64,000 nucleotides of DNA from Candidatus Woesebacteria bacterium GW2011_GWB1_39_12 (GCA_000993405.1 LBWB01000007.1:8383-72382); one strand, 5' to 3'. Shown: positions 29,446 to 39,917, numbered from the stretch's first letter. The notes: generated from the sequence alone by a model not told the origin. Made by a program: numbers and translations.

Positions 29446-30621
29446 ATGGCTAAAAGTAATTTTCAAACTAAATCTTCCTTTATGAGTTTTCTTCTAGTTG
29501 CTTTTCTTCTCGTGGCCTTATTTACAAGTGTTTCTGTTGTAAAACAAAAACAGGATTTGCGAAGCAGGGCCCAAGTTGAATGTTTTGTGTGGCCTATCTT
29601 TGGTCCTGTCTCTCAAAGAGCGGAGTCGCCATCGCTTCAGGATGCTGTGAATTCCCATAATTGTGTGCGTGTGAGAAAGGGAACTTACAATCTTACTGGA
29701 CCTTTAACTTTATGGTCAAATAAAACCTTGAAAGGAGAAAGTAGAGACGAAACTATACTCAAAGCAAGTGGAGCCTGGCCCAATAATGGTTTAGAAGGAG
29801 TTGTACAAATGATTCGCAATGATGTCTCTGGAGTTAACGTCTCAAATTTAACAATTGATGCCAACCAAATTTCCACCCACGCTATAGTTATTCGGGGAGC
29901 TGTTGTGGATAGTGTTAGAGCTAAAAATGGTAAATGTACAGGAATTACAATACCGGGTCCTGCAGCTATAGTTAATAACAGTATTATCGAAAGAAACGGT
30001 AATACTTGTCCTGTGGCACCACCCGGAGCAGGAATTTATGCCGACGGAACCGATGATAAAAGTAAAGTTCCTCCTCAATATGCGCCTCGGATTACCAATA
30101 ATACTATTAGAGACAATTACGGACCGGGAATTGATATTAATACAGTTTGGAATGGCGTTATACAAGACAATACTATAACCAATAATAAAGGATGGGCAGG
30201 AGTTAGTTTGTATTCTTCCAGTTACTGGAACATTAGTGGAAATATAATCAATCAACCCGCAACTAGTGACTATCAGAAATATCACCCACGTTGTGCAGGA
30301 GGACCTAATGGTGCGAAATCTGCCGGGATCTTTCTTTGTGAAGATTATGACCAGAACGAGGGACAACCCAATACTGTAACAATTTATAACACCATAGAAA
30401 ACAATAGGTCAGCAAGTTGGTATGGAATATTATTAATAGGGAATGATGAGCAAACACCTTATCTGGTACCTCGCTTCAATACTATTAAGAATAACAACGT
30501 TTTTGGGTCAACACATGGTTGTGCGGACGATTTCAAGGTGGGTCAATGGATGGATGGAGCCAATACCTGGACGAACAATAATTGTAGCGGTACCTCAAAT
30601 ACTCCACCCTCTTATTATTAG
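29446..30621 (+). CDS. Secreted right-handed parallel beta-helix repeat protein (pectate-lyase fold)
   Basis: Signal peptide followed by repeated NNTIxxNxGxGI units (NNSIIERNGNTC; NNTIRDNYGPGIDIN; DNTITNNKGWAGVSL). Confidence 0.6.
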   Translation: MAKSNFQTKSSFMSFLLVAFLLVALFTSVSVVKQKQDLRSRAQVECFVWPIFGPVSQRAESPSLQDAVNSHNCVRVRKGTYNLTGPLTLWSNKTLKGESRDETILKASGAWPNNGLEGVVQMIRNDVSGVNVSNLTIDANQISTHAIVIRGAVVDSVRAKNGKCTGITIPGPAAIVNNSIIERNGNTCPVAPPGAGIYADGTDDKSKVPPQYAPRITNNTIRDNYGPGIDINTVWNGVIQDNTITNNKGWAGVSLYSSSYWNISGNIINQPATSDYQKYHPRCAGGPNGAKSAGIFLCEDYDQNEGQPNTVTIYNTIENNRSASWYGILLIGNDEQTPYLVPRFNTIKNNNVFGSTHGCADDFKVGQWMDGANTWTNNNCSGTSNTPPSYY

Positions 30622-30724
30622 TTATCCAATAAACCATATTTATATTGCTACAGAATTCGTTTGTACTTAAAAAAACCGCCTCAGTTATTGACAATTATTC
30701 AGTATGACAATATAACAATAAGCA

Positions 30725-32083
30725 ATGGTTAAAACTCGCTCTCATTTTGTTTGCCAACAGTGCGGTTATGAGTCATCCCGTTGGTTCGGTAAGTGTCCCG
30801 AATGCGGAACTTGGGGAAGTGGAGTGGAAACTGTGGCTTCAGATAAAAGGCAAGAGGTAAAAGGTAAAAGAGGAACAGCCTCAAAACCGGTTTCTTTGAC
30901 CTCAATTCCTTCAAAGGCGACTTCAAGAACTTCAACTAAGATATCGGAATTAGATAGGGTTTTGGGTGGAGGATTGGTTCCCGGCCAGGTTGTCTTAATT
31001 GCGGGGGAACCGGGAATCGGAAAGTCAACAATTTTACTTCAACTTGCGGACAAACTCGGAGACTTCTTGTATGTTTCAGGCGAGGAGTCGGTTAGTCAAA
31101 TAAAAATTAGGGCAGAGAGGTTGGGGATTAAAAGTAAATCGATACAAGTACTGGAAGAGACGGATGTGGATGGAATAGTAGAAGCGGTTGAACAGATGAA
31201 CCAAAGAACAAGTAAACCGAAAAACGATTCAACAGTTCAACGGGTAATCAATTTATCAGGTATTGTTATCGATTCGATTCAGACCATGGCAACTTCTGAT
31301 TTATCCGGCATGGCGGGATCCGTCGGTCAGGTTCGGGAATGTGCGTTTCGTCTGGTTCGGTTGGCAAAATCGCAAAATATTCCAATATTTATGGTCGGTC
31401 ACGTTACTAAACAAGGTTCGGTTGCGGGTCCTGCAGTACTCATGCATATTGTCGACACGGTTTTGTGGTTTGAGGGCGATAAAAGCCTGACTCTCAGGCT
31501 TCTGCGGGCGGTTAAGAATCGTTTTGGTCCTACTGACGAGGTAGGGGTTTTTGAAATGGAAGATAAAGGTTTGATATCGGTTAGTGATCCGGAAAAGCTG
31601 TTTCTGACTCTTGATAAAAAAACTACGCCAGGCAGCGTGCTTACTTCAATTCTCCAGGGCACAAGACCGCTTCTTGTAGAAATTCAAAGTTTGGTTGTTC
31701 CAACTAAAATGGCTTTTCCAAAAAGAATTGCTCAAGGAGTTGATGTAAGACGTTTTGAACTTCTTTTAGCAGTACTTCAGCGCCGCTCAGGTCTTCCGCT
31801 TTATGAATTTGACTGTTTTGTGAATATTGCAGGCGGAATAACCATTAAAAATGATCCTTCGGCTGATTTGGCGATATGCTTATCTGTCGCTTCAGCCTAC
31901 TTTGACAAGACCCTACCCAAGGGTTCGATAGCAATCGGCGAGGTAGGACTATTGGGGGACATACGTGAGGTTATCGCTCAAGAAAAAAGAACCAAAGAAG
32001 CAAAGAGATTAGGATATAGAGTAATGATTACAAATAGAGAAGTTAGATATCTTCAGGAAGCGATTAGAAAATACCTGAAGTAA
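30725..32083 (+). CDS. radA: DNA repair protein RadA/Sms
   Basis: N-terminal zinc ribbon CQQCGYESSRWFGKCPECGTWG, Walker A GEPGIGKST, the KNRFG motif, and a C-terminal Lon-like domain. Confidence 0.9.
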   Translation: MVKTRSHFVCQQCGYESSRWFGKCPECGTWGSGVETVASDKRQEVKGKRGTASKPVSLTSIPSKATSRTSTKISELDRVLGGGLVPGQVVLIAGEPGIGKSTILLQLADKLGDFLYVSGEESVSQIKIRAERLGIKSKSIQVLEETDVDGIVEAVEQMNQRTSKPKNDSTVQRVINLSGIVIDSIQTMATSDLSGMAGSVGQVRECAFRLVRLAKSQNIPIFMVGHVTKQGSVAGPAVLMHIVDTVLWFEGDKSLTLRLLRAVKNRFGPTDEVGVFEMEDKGLISVSDPEKLFLTLDKKTTPGSVLTSILQGTRPLLVEIQSLVVPTKMAFPKRIAQGVDVRRFELLLAVLQRRSGLPLYEFDCFVNIAGGITIKNDPSADLAICLSVASAYFDKTLPKGSIAIGEVGLLGDIREVIAQEKRTKEAKRLGYRVMITNREVRYLQEAIRKYLK

Positions 32084-32136
32084 CTGGTGAACGGATAAAC
32101 GGCTTAACTGATGAACTGGATGAATTGTCGGACCTT

Positions 32137-32500
32137 TATTTTTTAAGATTTTTGGCAGTATTTGCAATCAGATAGTTTATTTCTTTTGGTAGTTGATCTA
32201 ATAAATCCTTAATTTCTACATATTCTTTGTCTGCTACTAGTTTTCTAACTTTGGCTTTCTCTAGCCAGTGAATACTTTCAAAAGCAGAGCCTCTAGCTTG
32301 GTAAAAGAATTTCATCTTATCTTTTTTGAAATATCGACCTTCACCCTCAATTATATTTGCGGCAATTGAATCTATAGATCTTACAAACTGTTCACCAAAG
32401 GTCTTTTGTGCTAAAAAGCTCCATTTTATTACTATAAACCAAACCTTATCCGATAAAAATGAAGCTAATTTGTAAGCAGTAATTTTATCTGGGGTGATCG
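32137..32500 (-). pseudogene. Degraded four-helix-bundle protein gene of the 23S-rRNA-intervening-sequence-protein family (TIGR02436-like); no ATG and an N-terminal deletion
   Basis: My own minus-strand translation gives ...KVWFIVIKWSFLAQKTFGEQFVRSIDSIAANIIEGEGRYFKKDKMKFFYQARGSAFESIHWLEKAKVRKLV...* with the family signature S-I-x-x-N-I-x-E-G-x-G-R...D...F...A-x-G-S-x-x-E. It is absent from the ORF track because it has no Met start. Confidence 0.5.
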
Positions 32501-33295
32501 TTATTTTCAGTTTATCAGTTATCTGTTCAGCAGTTCAACAGTTATTCCCAACTTATCCACAAACTTTTTTCCTACCAAATAACTGGCGAAAGTTAGATTC
32601 GGAAATTTTTAGACTTAAACTATGGGAGGATATACTATATATAGTAGTTAGATTATAGGGTTTGACAGAGTTGACAGATGGTGTTAGACTAAATTTGTTT
32701 AAAAATCGCATGTTTTATTGCTCCCTTGCGGGACGGGTGGTGTGTAGGGCAGGCATACTACCCGTTCCTTGAGGGTTCAATCCATGCGATTTTTTTATGG
32801 GAAGACTTCTCGGGTGGCCCCGCACAGCTCTTATTTCTCGCCACGAACTACGTTTGTGCTCTCGAATTGCGAGTGTGCGGGGTAAATGTGTAGGCGAAGT
32901 CCCGCACAATCCTGTAAGGATCTGTGCGGGAGCAGGCATACTACCCGTTCCTTCAGGCTAGAAAAAGCTCGGCTCTTTTTTTATCGCACAAAAAAACCGA
33001 GTCTAACTCGGCTCCACTTGTCTCTAGGCCCTCCTAATTTTAGCACTCGGCTTTTCAATACTATTCGTATACGCCTCGTGCTGCAATTTTAGAAGGGCAG
33101 AGCAGGCAATAGACAAGTATTATCACTATCAGACTATTATCTTAGTTAAGTGTTTGTCAAGTGCCTCTTGTCGCCGAAAGTTTAATTTCTCATTCCTTGA
33201 AAATCCTATAAGAGGTTAAAATAAGCTTGTGTACGGAAACTTGACATGCTTATAACTCTCACATATAATTGGCTTCGAACTGCTCCCAAGTGTGA

Positions 33296-34192
33296 ATGAA
33301 AAATAAGTTTTTCAAACAAGGTGTGATTACTGCTCTTCTTTTGCTCACTTCAGTTTTTTTGGGAAGAATTTTCGGTTACGAAGCTTTTGCCGAAAGTTCA
33401 GTAACTCCGCCAAGCTTTCCGACATGTTCAGAGAAGATATTTGTTGCTGATGGTGATTGGGCTCATTATGATTCCGGGATCCATGGGATCCCTGGGGTAG
33501 GTAACTTCGAAGGAAGCGATGATGTTTATTCGTTGGGTTCTGGAAACTTTTTACAGTGTTTTTGTCCGGCCGGCGGGGGAGAGGGAACTCAAACTAACTG
33601 GTGGGATGTAGAGAATCTTAATCAAGAAGATATTAATTCATTCTTATCACAGAGTTGGTTTTTTGAATCAAGTGGTGATGGATGGAATTTATTAGACGAT
33701 CCATACCTAGTTAAGAATTCAAACTTTAGTTGTGCAGTACCTACCCCGACACCTCCGCCTTCAGGTGGTGGGGGTGGTGGTTCGCCTGGAGCACCTGTTT
33801 GTAATGCACCCGCAGTTACAAAAGCACCTCTTTATTCGAGTGCGAATTTATCAAGAATCGATAGCGATAGTATTAAAATAAGCTGGATAGTAACAGATGA
33901 TCGTGCTCAAAGGTACGGTATTTACTATGGTACGAATTCGGATAAACTTTCTTGGTATACCGAAGTTAAAGGACACGATACAAATGAGGCAATAATTAAT
34001 TTAGTACCCCAGGGTAATATATTTTTTAAGGTTTGTAGTATTGGAGAATGTGGAGATCAGGTGTGTGGGAGTGATATTCCTACAGTTCTGGGGGTGGCCA
34101 AAGGATTACCAGCTACAGGAACCATTGCACTTACTATTTTAGTCTTTGCACCAATTGGATATTATTTATATAGGCGCTTCAGGTTAGTATAA
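33296..34192 (+). CDS. LPXTG-anchored cell-surface protein
   Basis: Signal peptide, Gly/Pro linker (PTPTPPPSGGGGGGSPGAP), and a C-terminal LPATG sorting motif followed by a hydrophobic stretch and RRFRLV. Confidence 0.7.
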   Translation: MKNKFFKQGVITALLLLTSVFLGRIFGYEAFAESSVTPPSFPTCSEKIFVADGDWAHYDSGIHGIPGVGNFEGSDDVYSLGSGNFLQCFCPAGGGEGTQTNWWDVENLNQEDINSFLSQSWFFESSGDGWNLLDDPYLVKNSNFSCAVPTPTPPPSGGGGGGSPGAPVCNAPAVTKAPLYSSANLSRIDSDSIKISWIVTDDRAQRYGIYYGTNSDKLSWYTEVKGHDTNEAIINLVPQGNIFFKVCSIGECGDQVCGSDIPTVLGVAKGLPATGTIALTILVFAPIGYYLYRRFRLV

Positions 34193-34268
34193 AGATATTA
34201 GGATATTAGGAAAAGTTTTGCTAATTACTTAATATCTTAATATCATAATCACTTGATATCCTCAAAAT

Positions 34269-35009
34269 ATGCACCCTAAAGGAATAATTTATCAAAACGG
34301 ACGTTCAGGTACACATGGTGAAATAATTCTGTTTTTACCTGTCATTGCCCGTTTGGTCTTTCATTTCATTCGTGGCTTAGGAGCGGGTCTGATTGCCTTT
34401 TCTTTTTTAACCTTTGCTTTTTCATTCGGACCGGTTATTCAGCAGGAGATATCATACAATCTTGAAAAAACCGGTCTGAAGACGCAGGAGGAGTCAGTTA
34501 ATGAAGGTTTTTCTTTAAGTATTGCAGAAGCGGATAGAATTCTGGCGGTACAGAAAGAAGCGCAAAGCTATGAAGTTAATTCCTATTTTTCCGTTGTTAT
34601 TCCCACAATTGATGCTAAAGCTAATGTAATTGCAAATGTAGATGTGTCAAATAAATCGGATTATCTTGAGGCGTTAAAGAAGGGGATCGCTCATGCGAAA
34701 GGCACTTACTTTCCGGGACAGGGCGGAAGAATATTTCTTTTTTCCCATTCAACGGATTCTCCTTTAAACTTTGCCCGCTACAATGCAATTTTTTATCTTT
34801 TAAAGAAACTTGAAAAAGGTGACACAATTATTGTCTTTTTTGCAGACAAAAAATATGAATACGAGATTGTCGACAAAATCATTGCTGATGCCGGTGATAC
34901 GTCTTGGCTAATGCCCAAGAAAGAGGGAGAGGAATTGATACTCATGACCTGTGATCCGCCGGGTACTACATGGAACAGACTTTTGGTTGTCGCGAAGCCA
35001 AAGGCATGA
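34269..35009 (+). CDS. Sortase-family transpeptidase
   Basis: N-terminal TM and the catalytic LMTC motif (EGEELILMTCDPPG) near the C-terminus. It is adjacent to its putative LPXTG substrate. Confidence 0.65.
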   Translation: MHPKGIIYQNGRSGTHGEIILFLPVIARLVFHFIRGLGAGLIAFSFLTFAFSFGPVIQQEISYNLEKTGLKTQEESVNEGFSLSIAEADRILAVQKEAQSYEVNSYFSVVIPTIDAKANVIANVDVSNKSDYLEALKKGIAHAKGTYFPGQGGRIFLFSHSTDSPLNFARYNAIFYLLKKLEKGDTIIVFFADKKYEYEIVDKIIADAGDTSWLMPKKEGEELILMTCDPPGTTWNRLLVVAKPKA

Positions 35010-35171
35010 CTCTAATCAATAGTTGACAAGTCGGGGAACTTAGGAATACAATACAGTTGTTCCTCGGAAAATATTCACTTCCGCGATTATTCAAATGGAC
35101 TTTTAAGCGTTTGATTTAATATTTACTTTTGTGAGAAAACTTATTAATTGGCTTTCGAAACTTAAGCTATT

Positions 35172-36485
35172 ATGCCTATAAAGAAGAAAGATAAAGATCC
35201 CGGTTTAGATTTACCTCAGAAGGAAACTATTTCGGCAGCAACGTTTACCCAACCACCAGCTTTTACCAGAGAACCTCAAAGATCTTTGGTTGTTGACGAC
35301 CGAGTACTTCCTGATTCAGGTTTACCTACCGAATTTGTTGAGGGAGTTTTGGATATTGCCCAAGAAGGATCGGGTCTTTTACGTCCCAATTTTCATCCCT
35401 CTGATCATGATATTTATATTTCCGCAAGCCAAATAAGAAGATTTAATTTAAGAATTGGAGATGTTATTGGAGGTCAGGCCAGGCACCCCAAAGAAAACGA
35501 GCGCTACTGGGGACTTTTGAAAGTGGAGAATGTAAACGGAGATCCTGCTGAAGAGCTTTTTCAAAGGCCATCTTTTGACGATTTGCTTGCAGTATATCCT
35601 AATGAACATATCGTTCTCTCTACAGAGAAGGAAGTATTGACCACACGAATAATTGATCTTATTGCACCAATTGGATTTGGACAAAGGGGTTTAATTGTTT
35701 CTCCGCCAAAAGCAGGTAAAACCTGGCTAATCAAAGATATTATTGCCGGAATTGCCAAGAATTATATAGTAGGTAAGAAACAAGGGGCGAAAGCTAAAAG
35801 GAAAACAGAGGTACATTTAATGGCCGTACTTATTGGAGAACGTCCGGAAGAAGTAACCGACATAGTAAGACACATGAAGGAAGTTACTGGCGGTCAAGGC
35901 GAGGTTGCTGCTAGTAATTTTGACGAACAAGCAGACGCACAAACTGCTGTGGGAGAACTTGCTCTCGAGAGGGCTAAAAGACTGGTCGAGAAAGGATATG
36001 ATGTTGTTATTGTTCTTGACTCCATAACCAGAATGGCGCGGGCTTATAACTTAGCTCTTCCAACCTCGGGTAGGACTCTATCTGGTGGTTTTGACCCTGC
36101 CGCGCTTTTTCCTGCTAAGAAATTTTTTGGCGCAGCGAGAAAAATTGAGGATAACGGTTCTCTAACAATTATTGGTACGTGCCTTGTTGATACAGGATCC
36201 CGAATGGATGATCTCATCTATGAAGAGTTTAAAGGTACCGGTAATATGGAATTGCATTTGGACAGAAGACTTGCCGATAAAAGGATTTTCCCGGCAATTA
36301 ATGTCACAAGAAGCGGTACAAGACAAGAAGAACTTCTCTACGGCAAAGATGCTTTGCAGCAAATTTATACTTTAAGACGAATGCTTGATATGGTTTCTGA
36401 AGATGAAAGAACAGAGACGCTTCTGGAAAGGCTTAAAAAGTCTGAATCAAATGCGGACTTTTTAGAAAGCCTCAAAACTGCTTAG
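35172..36485 (+). CDS. rho: Transcription termination factor Rho
   Basis: RNA-binding CSD-like region (RFNLRIGDVIGGQAR), Walker A GQRGLIVSPPKAGKT, and the Rho Q/R loops. Confidence 0.85.
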   Translation: MPIKKKDKDPGLDLPQKETISAATFTQPPAFTREPQRSLVVDDRVLPDSGLPTEFVEGVLDIAQEGSGLLRPNFHPSDHDIYISASQIRRFNLRIGDVIGGQARHPKENERYWGLLKVENVNGDPAEELFQRPSFDDLLAVYPNEHIVLSTEKEVLTTRIIDLIAPIGFGQRGLIVSPPKAGKTWLIKDIIAGIAKNYIVGKKQGAKAKRKTEVHLMAVLIGERPEEVTDIVRHMKEVTGGQGEVAASNFDEQADAQTAVGELALERAKRLVEKGYDVVIVLDSITRMARAYNLALPTSGRTLSGGFDPAALFPAKKFFGAARKIEDNGSLTIIGTCLVDTGSRMDDLIYEEFKGTGNMELHLDRRLADKRIFPAINVTRSGTRQEELLYGKDALQQIYTLRRMLDMVSEDERTETLLERLKKSESNADFLESLKTA

Positions 36486-36681
36486 TCTCAGGTACCTTCC
36501 ATTATAGTAATTGGGTACAAAAAGTTCACTTCGCCATTATTTGACCCCGCACGAAGTTAGCATGAATATGCTCCCAAATTTTTATTCAACTTTAATTAAT
36601 GCTTGATTAAATATTTCGAGTCTGACTTCACTTAAACTCAAACTCGGATATTTAAAAATTAGATGCCCATTTGGTGCTGGG

Positions 36682-37947
36682 TTGACCCACAACTCTTCAT
36701 GTGTTATCTTCTTGAGTGTCACTCAATTTTTGGCTATGTTGAAACTACCCTTCAAATTGAAAGTGCGTAAGGCTTTGAAAGAAAAGGAACCATACTCAAA
36801 CGGCCTCTCTGATTCTCAGGCTAAAGAGTACAGAATTCTGACCTTTTTTGAGGACGTATTACCCAGATTAAACGAAATCTTCTCTGAATTTAAGAATTTT
36901 GCCTTCGAACTTACGAATTATCTTGCAAGAATTCTTCACCTGTCTTTTTTAAGGTTTGAAATGGGCAAGAGTTTATTTGCTGCTATTTTGTACCGACAGC
37001 GGGGTAAGTATGCTAAAAGATTTGTTCACTCGGGAATGGCAGGCCTCGCTGCTTTGGGAGTAATGATTGCACCAGTTATTGCAAAGGAATTTCCGGGGAG
37101 AACTTTGGATCCGTGGGATATTCCGTCTCCATCATCGGTACTTTCGGCATCTGTTGAGGAAACAGGGATCTCAACAGATATATCTTCAAAACCCAGAGAT
37201 AAAATTATTGAATACGAAGTGCAAGAAGGAGATACTGTTTCGGGGGTTGCCGATAAGTTTGCTGTCTCGCAGGATACGATTCTTTGGCAAAATGATTTAT
37301 CAGCGAGAGACCGAATAAAACCGGGTCAGACTTTGGAAATCTTGCCGGTATCGGGAATTTCACATAAGGTCGCTAAAGGCGACACAGTATATTCCATTGC
37401 CAAAAAGTATGATTCTTCACCTCAGGCAGTTGTGGACTTTCCTTTTAATACATTTGTTAACGATGAAACCTTTGAACTCGCAATAGGTCAATCGATAATT
37501 GTTCCGGACGGTATTAAGCCGGAGGAGAGACCTACTGCACCTCGTACCAGGAGAATTACTCCGGATGCAGGTACCGTTGTTGCATCAGGCGCTTTTGTCT
37601 GGCCTGCTAGCGGAACAATTTCACAAAACTTTGTTTGGTATCACAAGGGGATTGATATCGCAAATCGAGCCGCTCCGGATATACTGGCTGCGGATGCCGG
37701 AACTGTTATAACTGCCGGGTGGCCGGATAATTATGGGTACGGTAATAGGGTAGTAATAGATCACGGTAACGGCTATAGAACTCTATACGGTCATCTATCA
37801 AGAATATATGTTACTCCCGGGCAAACTGTGGTAAGAGGCGCAGCGGTTGGTAAAATGGGGTCAACTGGTCGTTCTACAGGCATTCACCTTCATTTTGAAG
37901 TTACCAAGGAAGGTGCATATCTAAACCCGCTCAGCGTGCTACGTTAA
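36682..37947 (+). CDS. LysM-domain M23 family metallopeptidase
   Basis: Two LysM motifs (YEVQEGDTVSGVADKF; HKVAKGDTVYSIAKKY) and the M23 motifs HxxxD (IDHGNGYRTLYGH) and HLHFEV. Confidence 0.8.
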   Translation: MTHNSSCVIFLSVTQFLAMLKLPFKLKVRKALKEKEPYSNGLSDSQAKEYRILTFFEDVLPRLNEIFSEFKNFAFELTNYLARILHLSFLRFEMGKSLFAAILYRQRGKYAKRFVHSGMAGLAALGVMIAPVIAKEFPGRTLDPWDIPSPSSVLSASVEETGISTDISSKPRDKIIEYEVQEGDTVSGVADKFAVSQDTILWQNDLSARDRIKPGQTLEILPVSGISHKVAKGDTVYSIAKKYDSSPQAVVDFPFNTFVNDETFELAIGQSIIVPDGIKPEERPTAPRTRRITPDAGTVVASGAFVWPASGTISQNFVWYHKGIDIANRAAPDILAADAGTVITAGWPDNYGYGNRVVIDHGNGYRTLYGHLSRIYVTPGQTVVRGAAVGKMGSTGRSTGIHLHFEVTKEGAYLNPLSVLR

Positions 37948-38046
37948 TTTTCAATATCAATTTTTTAATTTTAATTCAATTGATAATTATTTAATTAGTT
38001 AATTCATTGAAAATTAGTAATTAAAAATTTAAAATTAAGATGTTTT

Positions 38047-38108
38047 AGGGCCGTTAGTATAGTCCCGCCAGAGGCGGGCAGGGGTAATGTAAACCCTTAC
38101 GAATATTC
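38047..38108 (+). other. tRNA-like fragment (GGGCCGTTAGTATAGT...) immediately upstream of tRNA-Ala
   Basis: It shares its first 6 nt (GGGCCG) with the downstream tRNA and contains the hairpins cccgccagaggcggg and gggtaatgtaaaccc. No complete cloverleaf could be drawn. Confidence 0.3.
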
Positions 38109-38180
38109 GGGCCGATAGGTAAACGGTATACCGTACCCTTCGCATGGGTAAGTTCTGGGTTCAATTCCCAGCCGGTCCAC
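38109..38180 (+). tRNA. tRNA-Ala (anticodon CGC)
   Basis: Acceptor GGGCCGA/CCGGTCC with G3:U70, D-arm GGTA-AACGGTA-TACC, anticodon stem TACCC/GGGTA with loop TTCGCAT, T-arm CTGGGTTCAATTCCCAG. Confidence 0.65.
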
Positions 38181-38239
38181 AAAACAGTTTCGTCCAGAGG
38201 ACGATCAATCTTTGGCTGGCGATTCTGCACGGTCCACTT

Positions 38240-38842
38240 TTAGGGAATGGGCGAGATGATTTTGGGTGGAGAGAAGACAATAATTAGAAGAGTAATCAAG
38301 GCGATAAGAGCAATAGTTATAGAAATTGTGACAAGTCCAAATCTTTCATTCGATAGAAGAAAAATTGGTTTTTTAGTTACCTCAGGATTTGTCGATGGTT
38401 CAAGAATTGACGGGTGAGAGAGGGGTGGTGTTGAAATAGAGTCAATATTTGTTGAAAGAGTAAGGAGCTTATCATATTTAGAAGGTCTTTGAACTGTAAA
38501 ATAACGGGGCACTATCAGTTTAGACTTTTCTTCCAGGGGTCGATCGATCTCCGACTTAATCTGATCCGTAACTGTGGCCGTGTCTGCTATTTCTATTTTT
38601 GTAGTTTTTTCATCCGACTTACTTTTAAGATCTACTTTTGCTAATTCATCTCTTTCATATTTACTCCCAAAAAGATTGTCCAGATCTTCCTTCTTAAAAT
38701 ATCTATGACCTCCCGGGGATCTATATACTTCAACTTTTTCTCTTTTTTCCCAACGACGTAACGTGTCTATGGAAATTCCTAGATAGTTTGAAGCCTCTCC
38801 AATACTAAGTAATTTTTTTGCTAAATCTGCCCTTACTTTCAT
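38240..38842 (-). CDS. MerR/excisionase-type HTH DNA-binding protein with a C-terminal membrane anchor
   Basis: LLSIGEASNYLGISIDTLRRWEKREKV forms an HTH_17-type helix-turn-helix. The C-terminal hydrophobic helix reads LVTISITIALIALITLLIIVF. Confidence 0.55.
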   Translation of the reverse strand: MKVRADLAKKLLSIGEASNYLGISIDTLRRWEKREKVEVYRSPGGHRYFKKEDLDNLFGSKYERDELAKVDLKSKSDEKTTKIEIADTATVTDQIKSEIDRPLEEKSKLIVPRYFTVQRPSKYDKLLTLSTNIDSISTPPLSHPSILEPSTNPEVTKKPIFLLSNERFGLVTISITIALIALITLLIIVFSPPKIISPIP

Positions 38843-38960
38843 TTGAGGGTATTGTTTAGAATTTGCATAGATTTGTCAAGTGTTTAAGTGATAAGTCAAT
38901 ATTCCAAATAGCGGGAAGATATCACTTAATGACTGGAGGATTATTCAATCTGTCAAGAAA

Positions 38961-39722
38961 TTATGACAGGCCGGACTTATGTCTTTTTCTTTCGGAAATA
39001 CGATTTAAAAGCAACGTAAATTCAAAAAGTAAAATGAGTGGCAAAGAAAGAAATATATCAGCAATGATTGAGTCGGGAGGAAGAAGAAGGGCAAAGATAA
39101 AAGAACCTAGATAAATCCAGAGGCGCTTTTTACTTAAGGCGTGATGCTTGATGACTCCGATACGCAGAAGAAGTAATAAGACGATAGGAAATTGGAAACC
39201 AATTCCCATAAAAGCCGATGTTAGAAAGACGGTTGTTAAAAGGCCGCTGATATCTAAAATGTTGCCGATACCCAAAGAGATTGACCTGGCTAAAAAAATC
39301 TCGATTTGCCATTTCATGATGACCGCTCCAAGGGAGAACCCCATTAAAAAAAGAAAGATAGAGAAAGGCACGAAGCTAACCACTGTTTTAAACTCTTTTT
39401 TTCTAAGCGCTGGTTTTAAAAAATGCAAAACTTGAAGAATAAAGAGAGGTAGAGCTATAACAAGCCCTGTAACAATACCACAGCTTATGGCAAGGTTGAT
39501 AAACTGGAAAGGTGAGGTAAAGACAATATTAATGCCTTCGAGTGAAAGGGCGCCAATAAAGAATCTAATTATATCTTCATAAAAAGCAAAACCAATTAGT
39601 GTTGAAGCTGCGAAAATTGAAAGCGTAAAAAAGATTCTTTTTCTGACTTCCCTAAAGTAATGTGAATATTTGTTTGTTATTGCAGTTAACTCAGAAGATT
39701 TGAAAGATTTGATATTTTCCAC
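38961..39722 (-). CDS. tatC: Twin-arginine translocase subunit TatC
   Basis: Six predicted TM helices; N-terminal ...HLEELRKR-like region (HYFREVRKRIFF). Confidence 0.7.
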   Translation of the reverse strand: MENIKSFKSSELTAITNKYSHYFREVRKRIFFTLSIFAASTLIGFAFYEDIIRFFIGALSLEGINIVFTSPFQFINLAISCGIVTGLVIALPLFILQVLHFLKPALRKKEFKTVVSFVPFSIFLFLMGFSLGAVIMKWQIEIFLARSISLGIGNILDISGLLTTVFLTSAFMGIGFQFPIVLLLLLRIGVIKHHALSKKRLWIYLGSFIFALLLPPDSIIADIFLSLPLILLFEFTLLLNRISERKRHKSGLS

Positions 39723-39742
39723 GGCAGTAGCGCTCTAATAAA

Positions 39743-39911
39743 TTTAACCTTCAACATTTTTTTCTTGTTCATTATCTTTTGAAGCTTTTTTAAATTCTTT
39801 GACTGCGTCTGCCAAACCTTTAAAAAGTTCCGGGATTTTCTTGCCTCCGAAGAGCAAAATGACTACGGCTGCGATAATAAGTAGTTCAGTAGTTCCTAGT
39901 GATCGAAACAT
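39743..39911 (-). CDS. tatA: Twin-arginine translocase subunit TatA/E; shorter than 60 aa and absent from the ORF track
   Basis: My own translation gives [55 protein letters not shown], a TM helix followed by FGxKKxPE. Coordinates are within about 2 nt. Confidence 0.6.
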
Positions 39912-39917
39912 TTTCTA

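Noticed and set aside
32560-33290. Considered tmRNA or RNase P RNA for this structured non-coding region
   Set aside because: The diagnostic motifs are absent: the tmRNA tRNA-like 3' end and ...ALAA* tag reading frame, and the RNase P GGAAAGTCCGGGCTCC / ACAGAAA blocks. It is left as an unassigned structured region.
36162-36375. Small ORFs on both strands inside rho
   Set aside because: They are nested in a high-confidence conserved gene.
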